Below are positions 42,126-54,469 of a stretch of 64,000 bases of DNA, one piece after another (the first letter of the stretch is position 1; each line of letters starts with the position of its first letter). A program made the translations under genes and the position numbers. Below the pieces are notes generated by a model. It saw only the letters and a program-made list of their open reading frames with translations. It searched no databases and was not told where the DNA came from. The DNA is from Octopus sinensis (Eukaryota): NCBI RefSeq assembly GCF_006345805.1, contig NC_043005.1, positions 34,348,001-34,412,000 of the forward strand, given 5' to 3'.

Positions 42126-44199
42126 CTGCACTTATGTTTACATGTTCTTTGTTTTCTTTTTTAAAGTTAGTTTCATCGATTTATGGCTATATAAGTAAAT
42201 ATTAGCTCTATTTCAGTTTCATCTCAATGATTTTGTATGTCAAAAAAGATCTCATACCAGATCTTTATATAGGTTTCTCACAGCATTAAACCAGGGCCTA
42301 AATAAGCTATTGAGTATCATTTGATATTAAAGGAGAGACTTGGGCACCATATTTATCTTTCATTATTTACCAAAGCAATGTATATAGGTGTTTACTTATA
42401 TTCTAGTGCAATGAAAGGCTACAATTTGACTATTGAATTATCAAACATAAATTGTTTCATACTTGTTATTACTGATAATAATAAATAAAGGAGTTAAGTT
42501 TATGGAAATTGATTGATTGTCTTTTTATCCCTTCCTAAAAGATAGGCAATCAATAATCATGGCTTGTATTCTTTTGCAATCTATGGTACTTTCATTTTAT
42601 TGATTCACTCCTTAATTAAATCAGTCTCAGTATGGTAGAGCCATGTAGTTGAAGCTGGTAAACAATTTCCTTGAGAAACAAATAAGATATTATTTTAAAG
42701 GAAAATACTAACAAAAACTAATGAAGGTAAAATGTTGGATTAAAATCACCAGTTCAGTACACTGAGTATTTCCTTTTTATCAATGTATTTTATTTTCTTC
42801 TACATAAAAATTATAGCTTTGTGGTTAAGATGTTAATTTTGCTATCATGTGATGTGATTGGGCTTACTTGAACAAGTGTTTTTTTTTTTATTGTCCTGCA
42901 TGTGCCATATCCTTGCAAGTGCTGAAGCCCATGGGAGGTATATTGTGTGTGTGTGTATGTGTGTGTGTGTGTGTGTGTCTGAGTGAGTGTGTGTGTGCGT
43001 GTGTGTGTGCATGCATGCACATGCACACATTAACAGTTCATGGTACCACCAATAAAAGGATTGAGCAAAAACATCTTGTGATATTACCCCTTACCTTCAT
43101 GTTGTGTTCCTTTACACCTATAGCACCCTTGTCTTTCATTTCTTGGGGTTGATACCAGAAAAGTGGTAGATATAAATGCTAAAAGCCTTAAAAGTGCTAC
43201 AACTCCTGTAGTGAAATGATAAAATACTACTATTGTAAAAAGAGACAATAGTCATGTGCAGAAGATACTTTTAGACACTTAAAATCTGTTGCAGATTGAT
43301 TCTTTGTGTATCTAGACAAGGCTCTTCATTCTATATAACACAGTTGATATAACTTTAAAAAATAGGTAGTAAATCATCTAGGAGTGTTACATAGTCTAAC
43401 ATTTTATCCAGGAGACTTTCCTACTTTGTACTTGAATTTGGTGTAAAAAATTGGAGCCTCTTTTATACTTGATAGACATCTTACTATTCACTTTTAATGT
43501 AGCTACTTCATAGTATTAAAACAAACATAAATTCCAAAAATTTATATAAAATTTTCTAAATTTGCATTAATCATCCCACCTATGTTGGAGAACACAGATG
43601 TTACAAATGGAAATGTGTCAATAATCTTTTTCTAAGCTGCATCACCAACTTTTACTTGGGTTGGATACTAATTGGGTAATTCTTATATTTTAACTCTTAT
43701 TTTCTTATATATTACTGTTATTTATTTTATCAACCACAAAAAAAAAAAAAAAAGGAAAAGCAGAATTGACCTTGGCAGGATTTGAACTTAGAATCCTGGC
43801 AGGATTCAAACTCAGAAAGTATTTGGTTTGGTATTCTACAGTTTCTGCTCCATCTCACCACTATTTTTTTTGAAGATGAGAATAAACACTGCTTGTTAGC
43901 AGTGTTTATTCTCATGAATTTTGGCTTTAGTAGCCCATGCTCTTAACCACTATGCCATATGCCCATTCTTCGAAGAAAGGTGTGGTTATAATGACAATTA
44001 TGATGATGACAGTGATGATAGACAATAAAACAATGATACCTATAAGAATGCTTTAAATTGTTAATTATTATAATGAAAAACATGAGCATAAATTCTTTAA
44101 TATTCTTAAAATTTCTTTCCCTTGCTAATAAAAGCTGTTTTCTGTTTATTCTGTCATTAATAATTGTTACTGTATCCTCTGCTTATGTAATCTAACAAC

Positions 44200-44362
44200 T
44201 TCAGTTCTTATTTACATTATTTACAATTGATGGATATTTGTCCTCATCTTGTTTGTTGTTAACACGTTTCGACTGATATACCCTCCAGCCTTCATCAGGT
44301 TTGTTGGGGAAATTTCGAACCTGGGTTCTCATTCCAAAGGTTATTTTTTGATGTTGTTGTTA

Positions 44363-44410
<48 letters not shown>

Positions 44411-44494
44411 TCACTGCCTGAACGGGCATATGGCATAGTAGTTAAGAGCGTGGGCTACTAACCCCAAGATTCAGAGTTCGATTCCAGGCAGTGA

Positions 44495-44533
<39 letters not shown>

Positions 44534-44612
44534 CAACATCGAAAAATACCTTAGAACTTGAAATCTTGGGGTTAGTAGCCCATGCTCTTAACCACTATGC
44601 CATATACCCGTT
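44200..44612 (-). mobile_element. tRNA-head / (TAA)n / hammerhead SINE-like element with an internal inverted duplication
   Basis: Minus strand reads head (44612-44561), then caggcagtgacctg-(aat)n, then CTGATGA-A-GGCTG..CAGTC-GAAA; inverted head+(TAA)n copy at 44419-44556 with A box 44431 and B box 44476. Confidence 0.7.
44258..44305 (-). ncRNA. Degenerate minimal hammerhead ribozyme motif
   Basis: CTGATGA 44298-44292; stem II GGCTG/CAGTC with 10-nt loop; GAAA 44270-44267; ACGT palindrome; the NUH/stem I junction looks deleted in this copy. Confidence 0.6.
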
Positions 44613-45544
44613 CTTCCAAGAAAGGTGTGGTTATAATGACAATTATGATGATGACAGTGATGATAGGCAATAAAACACATTGTTTCTTGGAATCACTGCC
44701 TAAACAATCCTTCAAGGTTTTACTATTTCCAGTAGCTTCTGGAAGTCTCTATAAGGTTGCTTGATCTGAGAGCATTGTTTCAAAAATTGAATTGTATATT
44801 ATGTAATCATAGTTAAGTATTACTTGAGAAAATGAGAGGAAATGGTCATAACGTGAGTACTGTTGATCATAGGTTTACTGACCTAGGACTTACAAAAAAA
44901 AAACAACTTACATTCTCAACATTGCCTAAACTTGTATAAGGTGGCTTGGGATTTATTAGAATAAAGTATTTCAGTCCTCAACAGTTGACTATTTCCAGAG
45001 CCCAGAGTATTTCACTGTGAAACTTGTTTCTCTCTTTGGGGAAACTGCACTTCCTTTGATCACTGGCATCCTGATCGATAAACCAGATCAATAAACTGTT
45101 TTATATTGAAACTCTTCATCCTCTCTTTCATTGTGTTTCTGTTCTATTTCTGCCTCTTCTGCTGTTGCTGTAATGGACTTTGACCTTCACAACATTGCAA
45201 CCTCTACATAATCCACAAATAAGTTACCTGTTGTATACAACACTCTTCTCATCTATACCATACAAATTTTCCTTTGGTTCAAAACTGTTTTAATGGATCT
45301 CTTTCCTTCTTCACAGTTTGTACAGTAGACAAATCACCAAATCTTTCATCAAAACAATAACTGTCAAAATCTTACCTATATCTTCTAATTTGGCAACCCC
45401 ACCAACTGATTATGGTAATGTTCATCATTTGATGGGTTTGTTAAAAAAGATCCAAGACAGTATATATTAATCTTAATTCTGTTGTTTAGTTTTGTTTATA
45501 TATTTATATATACTCTTACAATACTGTAAGTTATTTAAAATAAA

Positions 45545-46030
45545 ATGGCTGTGTGGTTAAGAAGTTTGATTCTCAACCACATGATTTCAGGTTCAGTCCT
45601 GCATGATACCCTGTATAAATCTCTTCTGTTATAGGTCTGGGCTAACGAAAGTCTCCTAAGTAGATTTGGTCTTTGCTAACCAAAATCTTCTAAGTAGAAA
45701 CAGAAAAGAAACTTGTTATCTGCCCGTCCGTCCGTCTGTCTGTCTGTCCATCCATCTTTCTACTGATTGATGTATCTGTGTGTGTGTGTGTGTGCACATG
45801 TGTGTGTCTGTATTTGTTTTTATTTGCACTCGCTTATTTGTAAGATATGACATTTGAATAGTATTGCTGGCACTTCTGTCAATAACTTATTGGCTTGTTT
45901 CATACCTTAAAAACCATGTGGAATACGACCCCTTACTTGAAAAATAGATATGGGTTGGCTTCAGAAAGGTCATCCAGCTGTAAAAAATGTTTTTATAGGC
46001 TATTTTTCTAACCCATGCTAGCAATAAACA
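45545..46030 (+). mobile_element. Composite CORE-like SINE with (GT)n linker and RTE-like tail
   Basis: tggctgtgtggttaagaagttt...ggttcagtcc head; ggttggcttcagaaaggtcatccagctgtaaaa tail. Confidence 0.65.
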
Positions 46031-47433
46031 TAAGCAATAAAACCAAGTGAACTCATATGCCTATATAAGAAATATCATTGGGAGATAAAAAAAAATAGAG
46101 ATATATGCATGAAGATAACTAAAAGACAAAAAGACTCTTTCAAAAATCTCGTGTCACAATTTCAAAAATGTTTAATCAATTAATTTTGTTATCTAATAAT
46201 TAAGATGATAAACACAATCTATTGCTTATGGCAAATTTGATGCTATATTAGTACACTCATGATTGCTTTGTTGAATAATGGCACTTTTGTTTGATGACTG
46301 GTAAACTACTAATAAAATGATCATTTTTTTTATGCTGTTGAAAATGATGTAAACATATGCTTGTTATTTATTCAAGTATACATGAATTTGTGTAATATTA
46401 TATATCAGTGCAATATATTAAAACAGTAAAATTAAAATTAGAAAACTCTGGGTGGTACATGGTGAAAAGTTTTGGAACAGTAGTTTTGTTGTAGGCTGGA
46501 TTATCATTATCATCATCATCACGTCCATATTCCATGTTAGCAAGGATTAGATAGATTGACAAGATTTGATTGGTCGGAGGGCTGCATCATATTCCACTGT
46601 CTGCTTTGGCATGGTTTCTATGGCTGGATACTCTTTCTAGCATCAATCACTTTGCAATGCATACTGGGTGCTTTTTTTATGGCATCAATACCAGTGAGGT
46701 TGCCATACAGCATGCAAGAAAATTCCCTCTGAGTGAATGAGTCTACAGTAGAGAGGAAAGCAGTTTTATGCCTGGAGAAAAGGGGTTTATTAATGAGAGA
46801 AAGAACTGGAACAGGACAGGTTTCTTGCTGTAGAGAAGCAACATGTTACTCACATTATGGAAGAAAGGGTGGAGCAACAGGGCTAGAACTGAAGAAAAAT
46901 GAAATAGTGGTGATGAAGTGTCAGGATGGAGCTTCAAAGTACAAAATGAGAAGGAGTGGGTGCAGAAGAATTGAGAATATGTGGGGAAGTGGTTGTGTAT
47001 ATGAGAGAGAGAGAGAGAGAGAGAGAAATGGGCAAGGTAAGGATGAGTAGGTGACAACTGCAAAAACTGCGTAAGATTGAGGAGTTGATGTAGTGAATGG
47101 TGGATAAGGGATAGGAAGAAAAGAAAAATCATCTTTATGATTTTGATGCTCATAACCACAATGTCCACAGACAAGCAATATAAGTTACACTGTAAGCCAT
47201 GTTACAAATATGTCATATATATTGCACTACTTGCCCATAATAGAGTGGATAAGTGTCAAATTCCTGCATGGAAAGCAGGAAGGTTCGAAAGTCTAGGCCT
47301 AGCCCTAGTATATGTGCACACACATACGCACATATGCATACACACATGTATTACATTTACAAGGAAAAGGTTGGCAGTTAATTTGAAGTTCCACTTAGAT
47401 AGAAACAAAACCATTTAAAACATTATTTTATGA

Positions 47434-49257
47434 CTGGGGAGAGTCATTCTCTTTTAGTACCTTATTATTTAACACACTCACTGGTAAAGTTTCCACTCAT
47501 TTATTTATTTTTCCTAAAATTTTCATTTCATCTTGCAACCTTTTCAATAATCATTACCTCTGTCCGTTATCTGAGCTACATTCTTTTTGTTTGTTTGTGC
47601 ACGTGTGTGAGTCAGTGTATGTGCGCATACACATGTATGTATGTATTATGTATGCATGCATGTAAGTGTGTGTATGTATGTGTGTGTGTGTGTGCATATA
47701 TATGTATGTATGTGTGTACATTTGTATGTATGTATTCTGCATATTCATGTTTGTGTTTGTGTGTTTTTATGTGTATGTGTGTGTTTTCATGTGTGTGTAC
47801 CTCTGTCTCCTTGTGTGTGCATGTCTGTGTGTGTATAGATTTTTGTGACTATGTACTGTCTGTATGTATGGATGTGTATCTCCATATGTGTGGATGTGTG
47901 TCTCCGTATGTGCCCTTGTGTCAAGTGAAGTGAGTGTGTATATGGTCATGTGTTTCAGTCTTCATTTGCATTTGTGTGTGTAAATGTGCTTGTCTGTTCA
48001 TATTACCTATGTACCTATGTCTATCTGTTTACATTCATATCTATTTGTATACATACATGTGCATATACATACATGTACACACACACACATATATCTACAT
48101 AACAGCCCACTAACTATTCTACCTGTATATAAATATAAACTGCGGGTATGGGGGGTATGATCATGTACTACGTATATTTCCTATTTAGTACTGGGGAGGT
48201 TTCATTTATGAGGACGTACACATGTGCATATACAAAAAAGTAAACACACACACATCTACATGTGGATGTCAGGTTGACCCAGGTTGCCCCCATGTTGGCC
48301 CTTGGTATGTTGATAGAGAATGGAGAACTGTTTTTTGTCATCTTATTTTCTCAAATGTTCATGTAGTCTTTCTGCAATGCTCCTAGACTAAATGAACATT
48401 TAAGACAATATGACAACAAAAAATAGTCCTCCATACTCTATCAACATACCAAGGGCCAACATGGAGGGAACCTGGGTCAACTTGACATCCGCATTTTATC
48501 CAAGCACCCAAAGGACAAAAACCTCAGACAAATACAGGAGCACATCCTCATAAATGAAACATACCCTGTACTACATAGAAAATATACATAGTAGGTAATC
48601 ATACCTCCATACCCACAGTTTATATTTATATACAGGTAGAATAGTTAGTGGGCTGTTATGTAGATATGTGTGTGTTTACTTTTTTGTATATGCACATGTG
48701 TAGGCAAATGAATATGAATGTAATCAGATAGATATTCAGATGGATAGGTACATAGGTTAATATGAACAGACAAGCACACATACACACACACTTCACTTCA
48801 CACAAGGACACATATGGAGACACACATCTATACATATGGAGACACACATCCATACATACAGACACAGTACATTGTCACATACAAACACATACAAACACAC
48901 ACACACACAAACACACAAACACAATTGCATGAATATACAGAATACATACATACAAACACACACACATACATATTTACATATGCACACACATACATGCATA
49001 CACACACTTGCATACATACATACATACATGCGCATGCACACACACACTGACCCACACACACGTGCAAAAACAAACAAAAAGTACACAGCTCAGATAACAG
49101 ACAGAGTCAATGACTATTGAAAAGGTTGCAAGATGCAAGGAAAATTTGAGGAAAAATAAATAATTGAGAGGAAACTTTACCAGTGAGGCACTAAAAGAGA
49201 ATGACTCTCCCCAGACACAAAATATGCTTCAACACACGAACTCAATCCAAAAACGAA
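47434..49257. mobile_element. 1.8-kb fold-back (long inverted repeat) element
   Basis: Arms 47434-48369 and 48385-49214 are reverse complements around a 15-nt loop (ttctgcaatgctcct); 12-bp direct repeat attattttatga at 47422-47433 and 49258-49269. Confidence 0.9.
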
Positions 49258-49791
49258 ATTATTTTATGAGTTTTTTTTTAAACCACAAGGTGAACAATAC
49301 CCCCAAATTGTTCATCTCCCCAATTTAGGGAAGGTAATATGCGAAGGATACACTAAATCTTTGTGTTAATACTTTCTTTTCAGAGTATGAAGAAGCAAAG
49401 CTGGAAGTGAATTTACTAAAAATTTTGAAAAACAATCGTAACTTTAAATGACAAAAGACCAATAAATGCTACAGTATATCAAATCATTAATTCTGTTTGG
49501 TTTGAATATTTTCTTCACATTTCAGATTTAAGTAGTAGTTTTTTTATAATCAATTTAGTGTTAATTGACTTTTGATGAAAGGAGATATATTTATTTCAGA
49601 GGTGCACTGGCTAGACAAGTGATTTGATCTGAGACAGTGTGTTGAAACTAAAACAATTACACGATGAAAGACACATATTAACTATTCAAAAACACATAAA
49701 GACTTAATTTCACTTAAACATTTATTATTTATAGATTTAATATATTGTATTTTTAGTAAGTGATTAAAAATTATCTGTTTATATTTATCAG

Positions 49792-50028
49792 GATGACAGT
49801 GATGAAAGTAACTCCTTGTCTGGATCCCATATTGAAGTTAATACAGTCTCAGGAAACCTTATCCAACATCCTAAACCAAGTCCAAAAAACCTTAAAAAAA
49901 TCAAAGCAATTCAAGAATGGGAGATAATTAATGGATTGAAAGAGGGAGAGAAATGTGAAGAAAAACCAGAAAAATATCAGGGATATTTACTTAAAAAACG
50001 AAAATGGCCCCTAAAAGGTTGGCATAAG
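49792..50028 (+). CDS. OSBPL3/6/7: Internal coding exon of an oxysterol-binding protein-related gene (ORP3/6/7 subfamily), start of PH domain
   Basis: Acceptor tttatcag|GAT, donor AAG|gtaggt; 79 codons ending EWEIINGLKEGEKCEEKPEKYQGYLLKKRKWPLKGWHK. KKRKWPLKGWHK is the ORP3/6/7 PH signature. Neighbouring exons were not found in the window. Confidence 0.9.
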
Positions 50029-51556
50029 GTAGGTTAACTCTCTTTTATATCATTAGTTCTTTTGTTTGATTTATTTTCTTAAACCATTCTTTCTTACATT
50101 TGGTATGAAGCCAAATTGGAAAATATAAATCTGTTTTCTCAAAAATCAGCTTTGATGTAATAAAGGCCAGTAAGGTAGCCTTTATGCAGTCACTTAATCT
50201 GCTAGAAATAACAGTCAAATCACTCAAACTACACTGCTATGTTTAAAAGAGGCTGTGTAATTCTAGGTACACTATCAGAGTAAAATGGGTTAATCATGGT
50301 TAAAAGAGTTTTGATCATTTGTCTGTTCAATCAAGGATGACCTGAACCAAATAAAAAACAGCTTTGTGATATATATGAGAATGTTCTAATGAAAAAATAA
50401 TTAATGGATTTGTTTCTCAAAAACAACTTAGATAACATTAAGATTGTGCAGCCATAAATCTCACAATTATTTTAAAAGTAAAAAATTATGTTTGTCATAT
50501 ACAAAATAAATACTTTAAAAATGAAAGAATTAATTTTTTTTCTTATCTTTATCAAATCATTCTATGGTTATAATATTTTTTTAAATCATACAAACATCTA
50601 AAACTGTCATATTTACAGTTATTTGATCATCAGGAAATACACATTAATTTTGAGTGCAAACTGGATAAACAATATCTGACAGTGGTTATGTGTTAATGAG
50701 GTGAGAGAAAAATGTTGAAATAAAAAAAATAATTATATTTGTACTCTTAATGTAACACTGGTTCATAGTGTGAGTTTTTGGTAGCAATAATGTGAAGAGA
50801 ATTTCTCAAAACTGATTAAAGAATCTTTTTTTACTGATTTGTATTCATTGAAAATATTTTGACCAAATATGTATGGAATTAGCTGTAGAGTTAAATGATA
50901 CTAAGAAGAAGAAAAAGAAGAAAACATCTTTATAGGATATATGAAATAGTTACCTGCCATTTTTGAAGAATAACTTCAAACTTTCAACTGTTATTATATG
51001 TGGTATTGTGAGATTAACTCAGTCTCACTTGCACACTTTTAAATATCTTAATTTATCTATATTTCTGAGAGAATTTTTTTTTTTGTTATATGAATAAAAA
51101 TAAAATAACTTGTAGTTCACCAGTCATTATCATGTACTTTCTATTCTCTAGATTCCATGCCAATTTTCAATTACTGTGGCTTTTTTAACAATGAGTGGTA
51201 GCTTCTGATAGTTCATTCTAAAAATGAAGATGAACAATTACTTTTTTCCTTTATTGCACAAAAAGTTTTACTTTTGGTAAACTAAAAATGCAGTTTCAAT
51301 AAAAGAAAAAAAAATTCAAAACTTCAAGAAAACAAAAAGCAAAAACATTTTCAATAGAATATTAGGGGTTGCTTCTTCCAAAAGAGGACAGATGGATAAA
51401 AATCAGCAACTGATTATGTAATCAGAACAGGTATAATTTTAGGAAAATCAGAGCAAAAAACTTTGATTAACTGACATCCTTCTAGTTTGGAGTGGATATA
51501 GACCTTGAATGTTCTTCACTTATTTAGAAGGTAATCTGGTTGACTGAAGATATATA

Positions 51557-52650
51557 CAGGATGTCCTAAAATTAAGGCAACCAACTTTTTTCAATTTTGC
51601 CAAAGCAAAATATTGTTATATTTTGGGCCCCAGAATTGCAATTATGACACTACCACATTTTTTTCAATATGACCACCTCTGTTTCAAATCACATGTGGCA
51701 TGCAGCTGTTCTTGCAGAATCAAATCCAATTCCTAGTGCAGTTTTGCCTTCAGCGCATCAAATGAAGCATGAGGAGGGCTCAAGACACTTGTCTCCAAAA
51801 TGGACCAAACAGAAAAATCCAACAGGTTGATATTGGGGCTTCTTGAGGGCCATAACATCCTTGCCTATGAACAATGTAATGTTTTTCTGAATTCAGTGTT
51901 GTATCTGTTTGAAGCTGTGGGATGGTGCCAAGTCCTGTTGGAGGCTCCATGATGCACTTTGAAAGGGCTTATTCACCCGTGGAAGCAGTTCAGCTTCCAG
52001 AATGTCACTAATGTATTGTTGGGTATTAATTCTAATACATGAGGCACAAAAACGAGGGGAGACTTTCCAGTGTCTGTCACAGCTGCCTAAACCATAACTA
52101 ACTGTGTATTTTGACGTCAATTTATGAGTCTACCCTCAGTGGAGCCAGATACACTCCAAAGTTGGACATTCTGGTGGTTTACTGTCTGTTGAATGTCAGT
52201 TTTCTTTTCATCAATGAACACCAGGTTGGGCAGCATGCCCTCAGCCATCTGATACAGGATAAGAAGACTTCTCCAGTCTCATGGCCTTGTAAACTTCCGT
52301 GATCTCATGACGGTGAATCATCTTGTAGTGGTGGGTCCTGAGATCCACTTTTGACACTCTGTACATCGATGTTCAGCTTATTTTTGCTGTGGCAGCCAGT
52401 ATTCTGATGGAATGACAAGGATTTCACCATATCTTTTCTTTGGTACTTTTGATAAGCTGATGGGTCTGCACATTTCTTTTTCGGCCACGTCCTGTTTAAT
52501 CAGCAGTGGAGCCAGTCATTTGAAATTTCTGCAATTTTCCAGACTGTTGTTCAGTTAATTTTAAGCTTTTTTGTTAGAGCTGTATTACTTTTGCCTCCTT
52601 TGTGGAGGGCTATGATTGTATTTCAGTCTATAGCTGTTATCTAATTTTTA
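51557..52650 (-). mobile_element. maT-type (DD37D) transposon remnant
   Basis: TA-preceded end caggatgtcctaaaattaagg; minus strand IALHKGGKSN (HTH) and QQD-x37-D (..WPSRSPNINLLDFSVWSILE), with stop and frameshift. Confidence 0.85.
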
Positions 52651-52733
52651 AATCTGAATTAATTTAGTCTGAAACAAAAAGAAGACACACTAAGCTTTTA
52701 TAATAATGTATAATTTTTTATATCTTATTACAT

Positions 52734-53016
52734 CTGGGTCAAGAGGGTGGCTTCTGGAAGACTCCATGTCTGGCAACAGGATTCTGCATCATGCCACACT
52801 AATAGGAGAACCTAGTCATGATGGTCAGACAATTTCTGCAACCTCATCACTCCCCAAATTGTAACCACATAACTCCCCAGACTGCAACCCCCTTGATTAT
52901 TATATGTGCGGCACACTTGACCAACAAAACTACTTGTAGCACCAAAGATGAAGTGAAGGCAAGGATTATGGCAGCATTCACCAACTTAAACAAGGGGACT
53001 GTCCAGAAGAGTTGCA

Positions 53017-53017
<1 letters not shown>
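52734..53017 (+). mobile_element. Fragment of a second DD37D family (catalytic segment)
   Basis: WVKRVASGR..WQQDSASCHT...NSPDCNPLD...KDEVKARIMAAFTNLNK; inverted duplicate of 53243-53533. Confidence 0.85.
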
Positions 53018-53061
<44 letters not shown>

Positions 53062-53063
<2 letters not shown>

Positions 53064-53752
53064 AGTTGCAGTGAATAAACTGTCGTCTAAATTATGCAAA
53101 AATGAATGTAACACTGACATCTCATTTTAACAGATATATTTACCAAATTCACATAAAAATGTCTTGAAATACTAAAGAGTAAATTTATTCAACAAAATCA
53201 CCATTGGGTTCAACCACAGCCACCAGATGACTTCGGAATCTCCTGCAGTTCTTCTGGATGGTCTCCTTGTCAAAGTTGGTGAACGCTGCCATAATCCTTG
53301 CCTTCAGTTCATCTTTGGTGTTACAAGGAGCTTTGTTGGTCTCTCATTCAGCTGTACCTCACACATGACAATCAAGGGGGTTGCAGTCTGGGGAGTTAGG
53401 TGGTCAGATGTTAGAGGTGTTGTGGTTGCAAAAATTGTCTGACAGCTGTGATTGGGTTCTCCTGCTTGTGAGGCATGGTGCAGACTTCTATTGCCAGACA
53501 TAGGGTTTTCCAACAGACACCCTCTTGACTCAAGGCAGCACTGCCTTCTCCAGGCTCTTGATGTAGGCCTTTGTGTTGAGTCTGAGACTGTGTGGAAAGA
53601 CAAATAGAGGCATAACATCACCATCACTAGTGATCACTCCAAACACCATGATGTTGACTGGATGTTTGATTTTCATCACTCTCGGTACATGTTTGGGGAC
53701 ATGGCAAGCCTCAGATTGACACCCAAACACTCTGAAATGTTCATAGTGGAGC
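53062..53752 (-). mobile_element. Second DD37D family, 3' half with terminal repeat
   Basis: HPVNIMVFGVITSDGDVM...WPPNSPDCNPLD...VEPNGDFVE*; end caagttgcagtgaataaactgtcg next to (TA)n; truncated at a TA array. Confidence 0.85.
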
Positions 53753-53755
53753 TTA

Positions 53756-53803
<48 letters not shown>

Positions 53804-53876
53804 TATATACACACACATATATATATATACACACACATATATATATATATACACATATATATATACATATATATAT

Positions 53877-54333
53877 CATCATCATTTAGCATCCGTTTTC
53901 CATGCTAGCATGGGTTGGACGGTTCAACTGGGGTCTGTGAAGCCAGAAGGCTGCATCAGGCCCAGTCTGATCTGGCAGTGTTTCTGCGGCTGGATGCCCT
54001 TCCTAACGCCAACCACTCCGTGAGTGTAGTGGGTGCTTTTTACGTGCCACCAGCACAGGTGCCAGACGGAGCTGGTACACGGCCATGAACGGATGGTGCT
54101 TTTACATGCCTCATCATTTAGCGTCAGTTTCCCATGCAAGCATGAGTTGGACGGTTCAACTGGGGTCTGTGAAGCCAGAAGGCTGCATCAGGCCCAGTCT
54201 GATCTGGCAGTGTTTCTGCGGCTGGATGCCCTTCCTAACGCCAACCACTCCGTGAGTGTAGTGGGTGCTTTTTACGTGCCACCCGCACAGGTGCCAGACG
54301 GAGCTGGCACACGGCCACGAACGGATGGTGCTT
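53877..54333 (-). mobile_element. Tandem pair of RTE 3'-tail copies (~238-bp period)
   Basis: Two near-identical consecutive copies, both ending within the aaaagcacc unit, flanked by TA arrays. Confidence 0.92.
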
Positions 54334-54377
<44 letters not shown>

Positions 54378-54389
54378 CACACACACACA

Positions 54390-54469
<80 letters not shown>

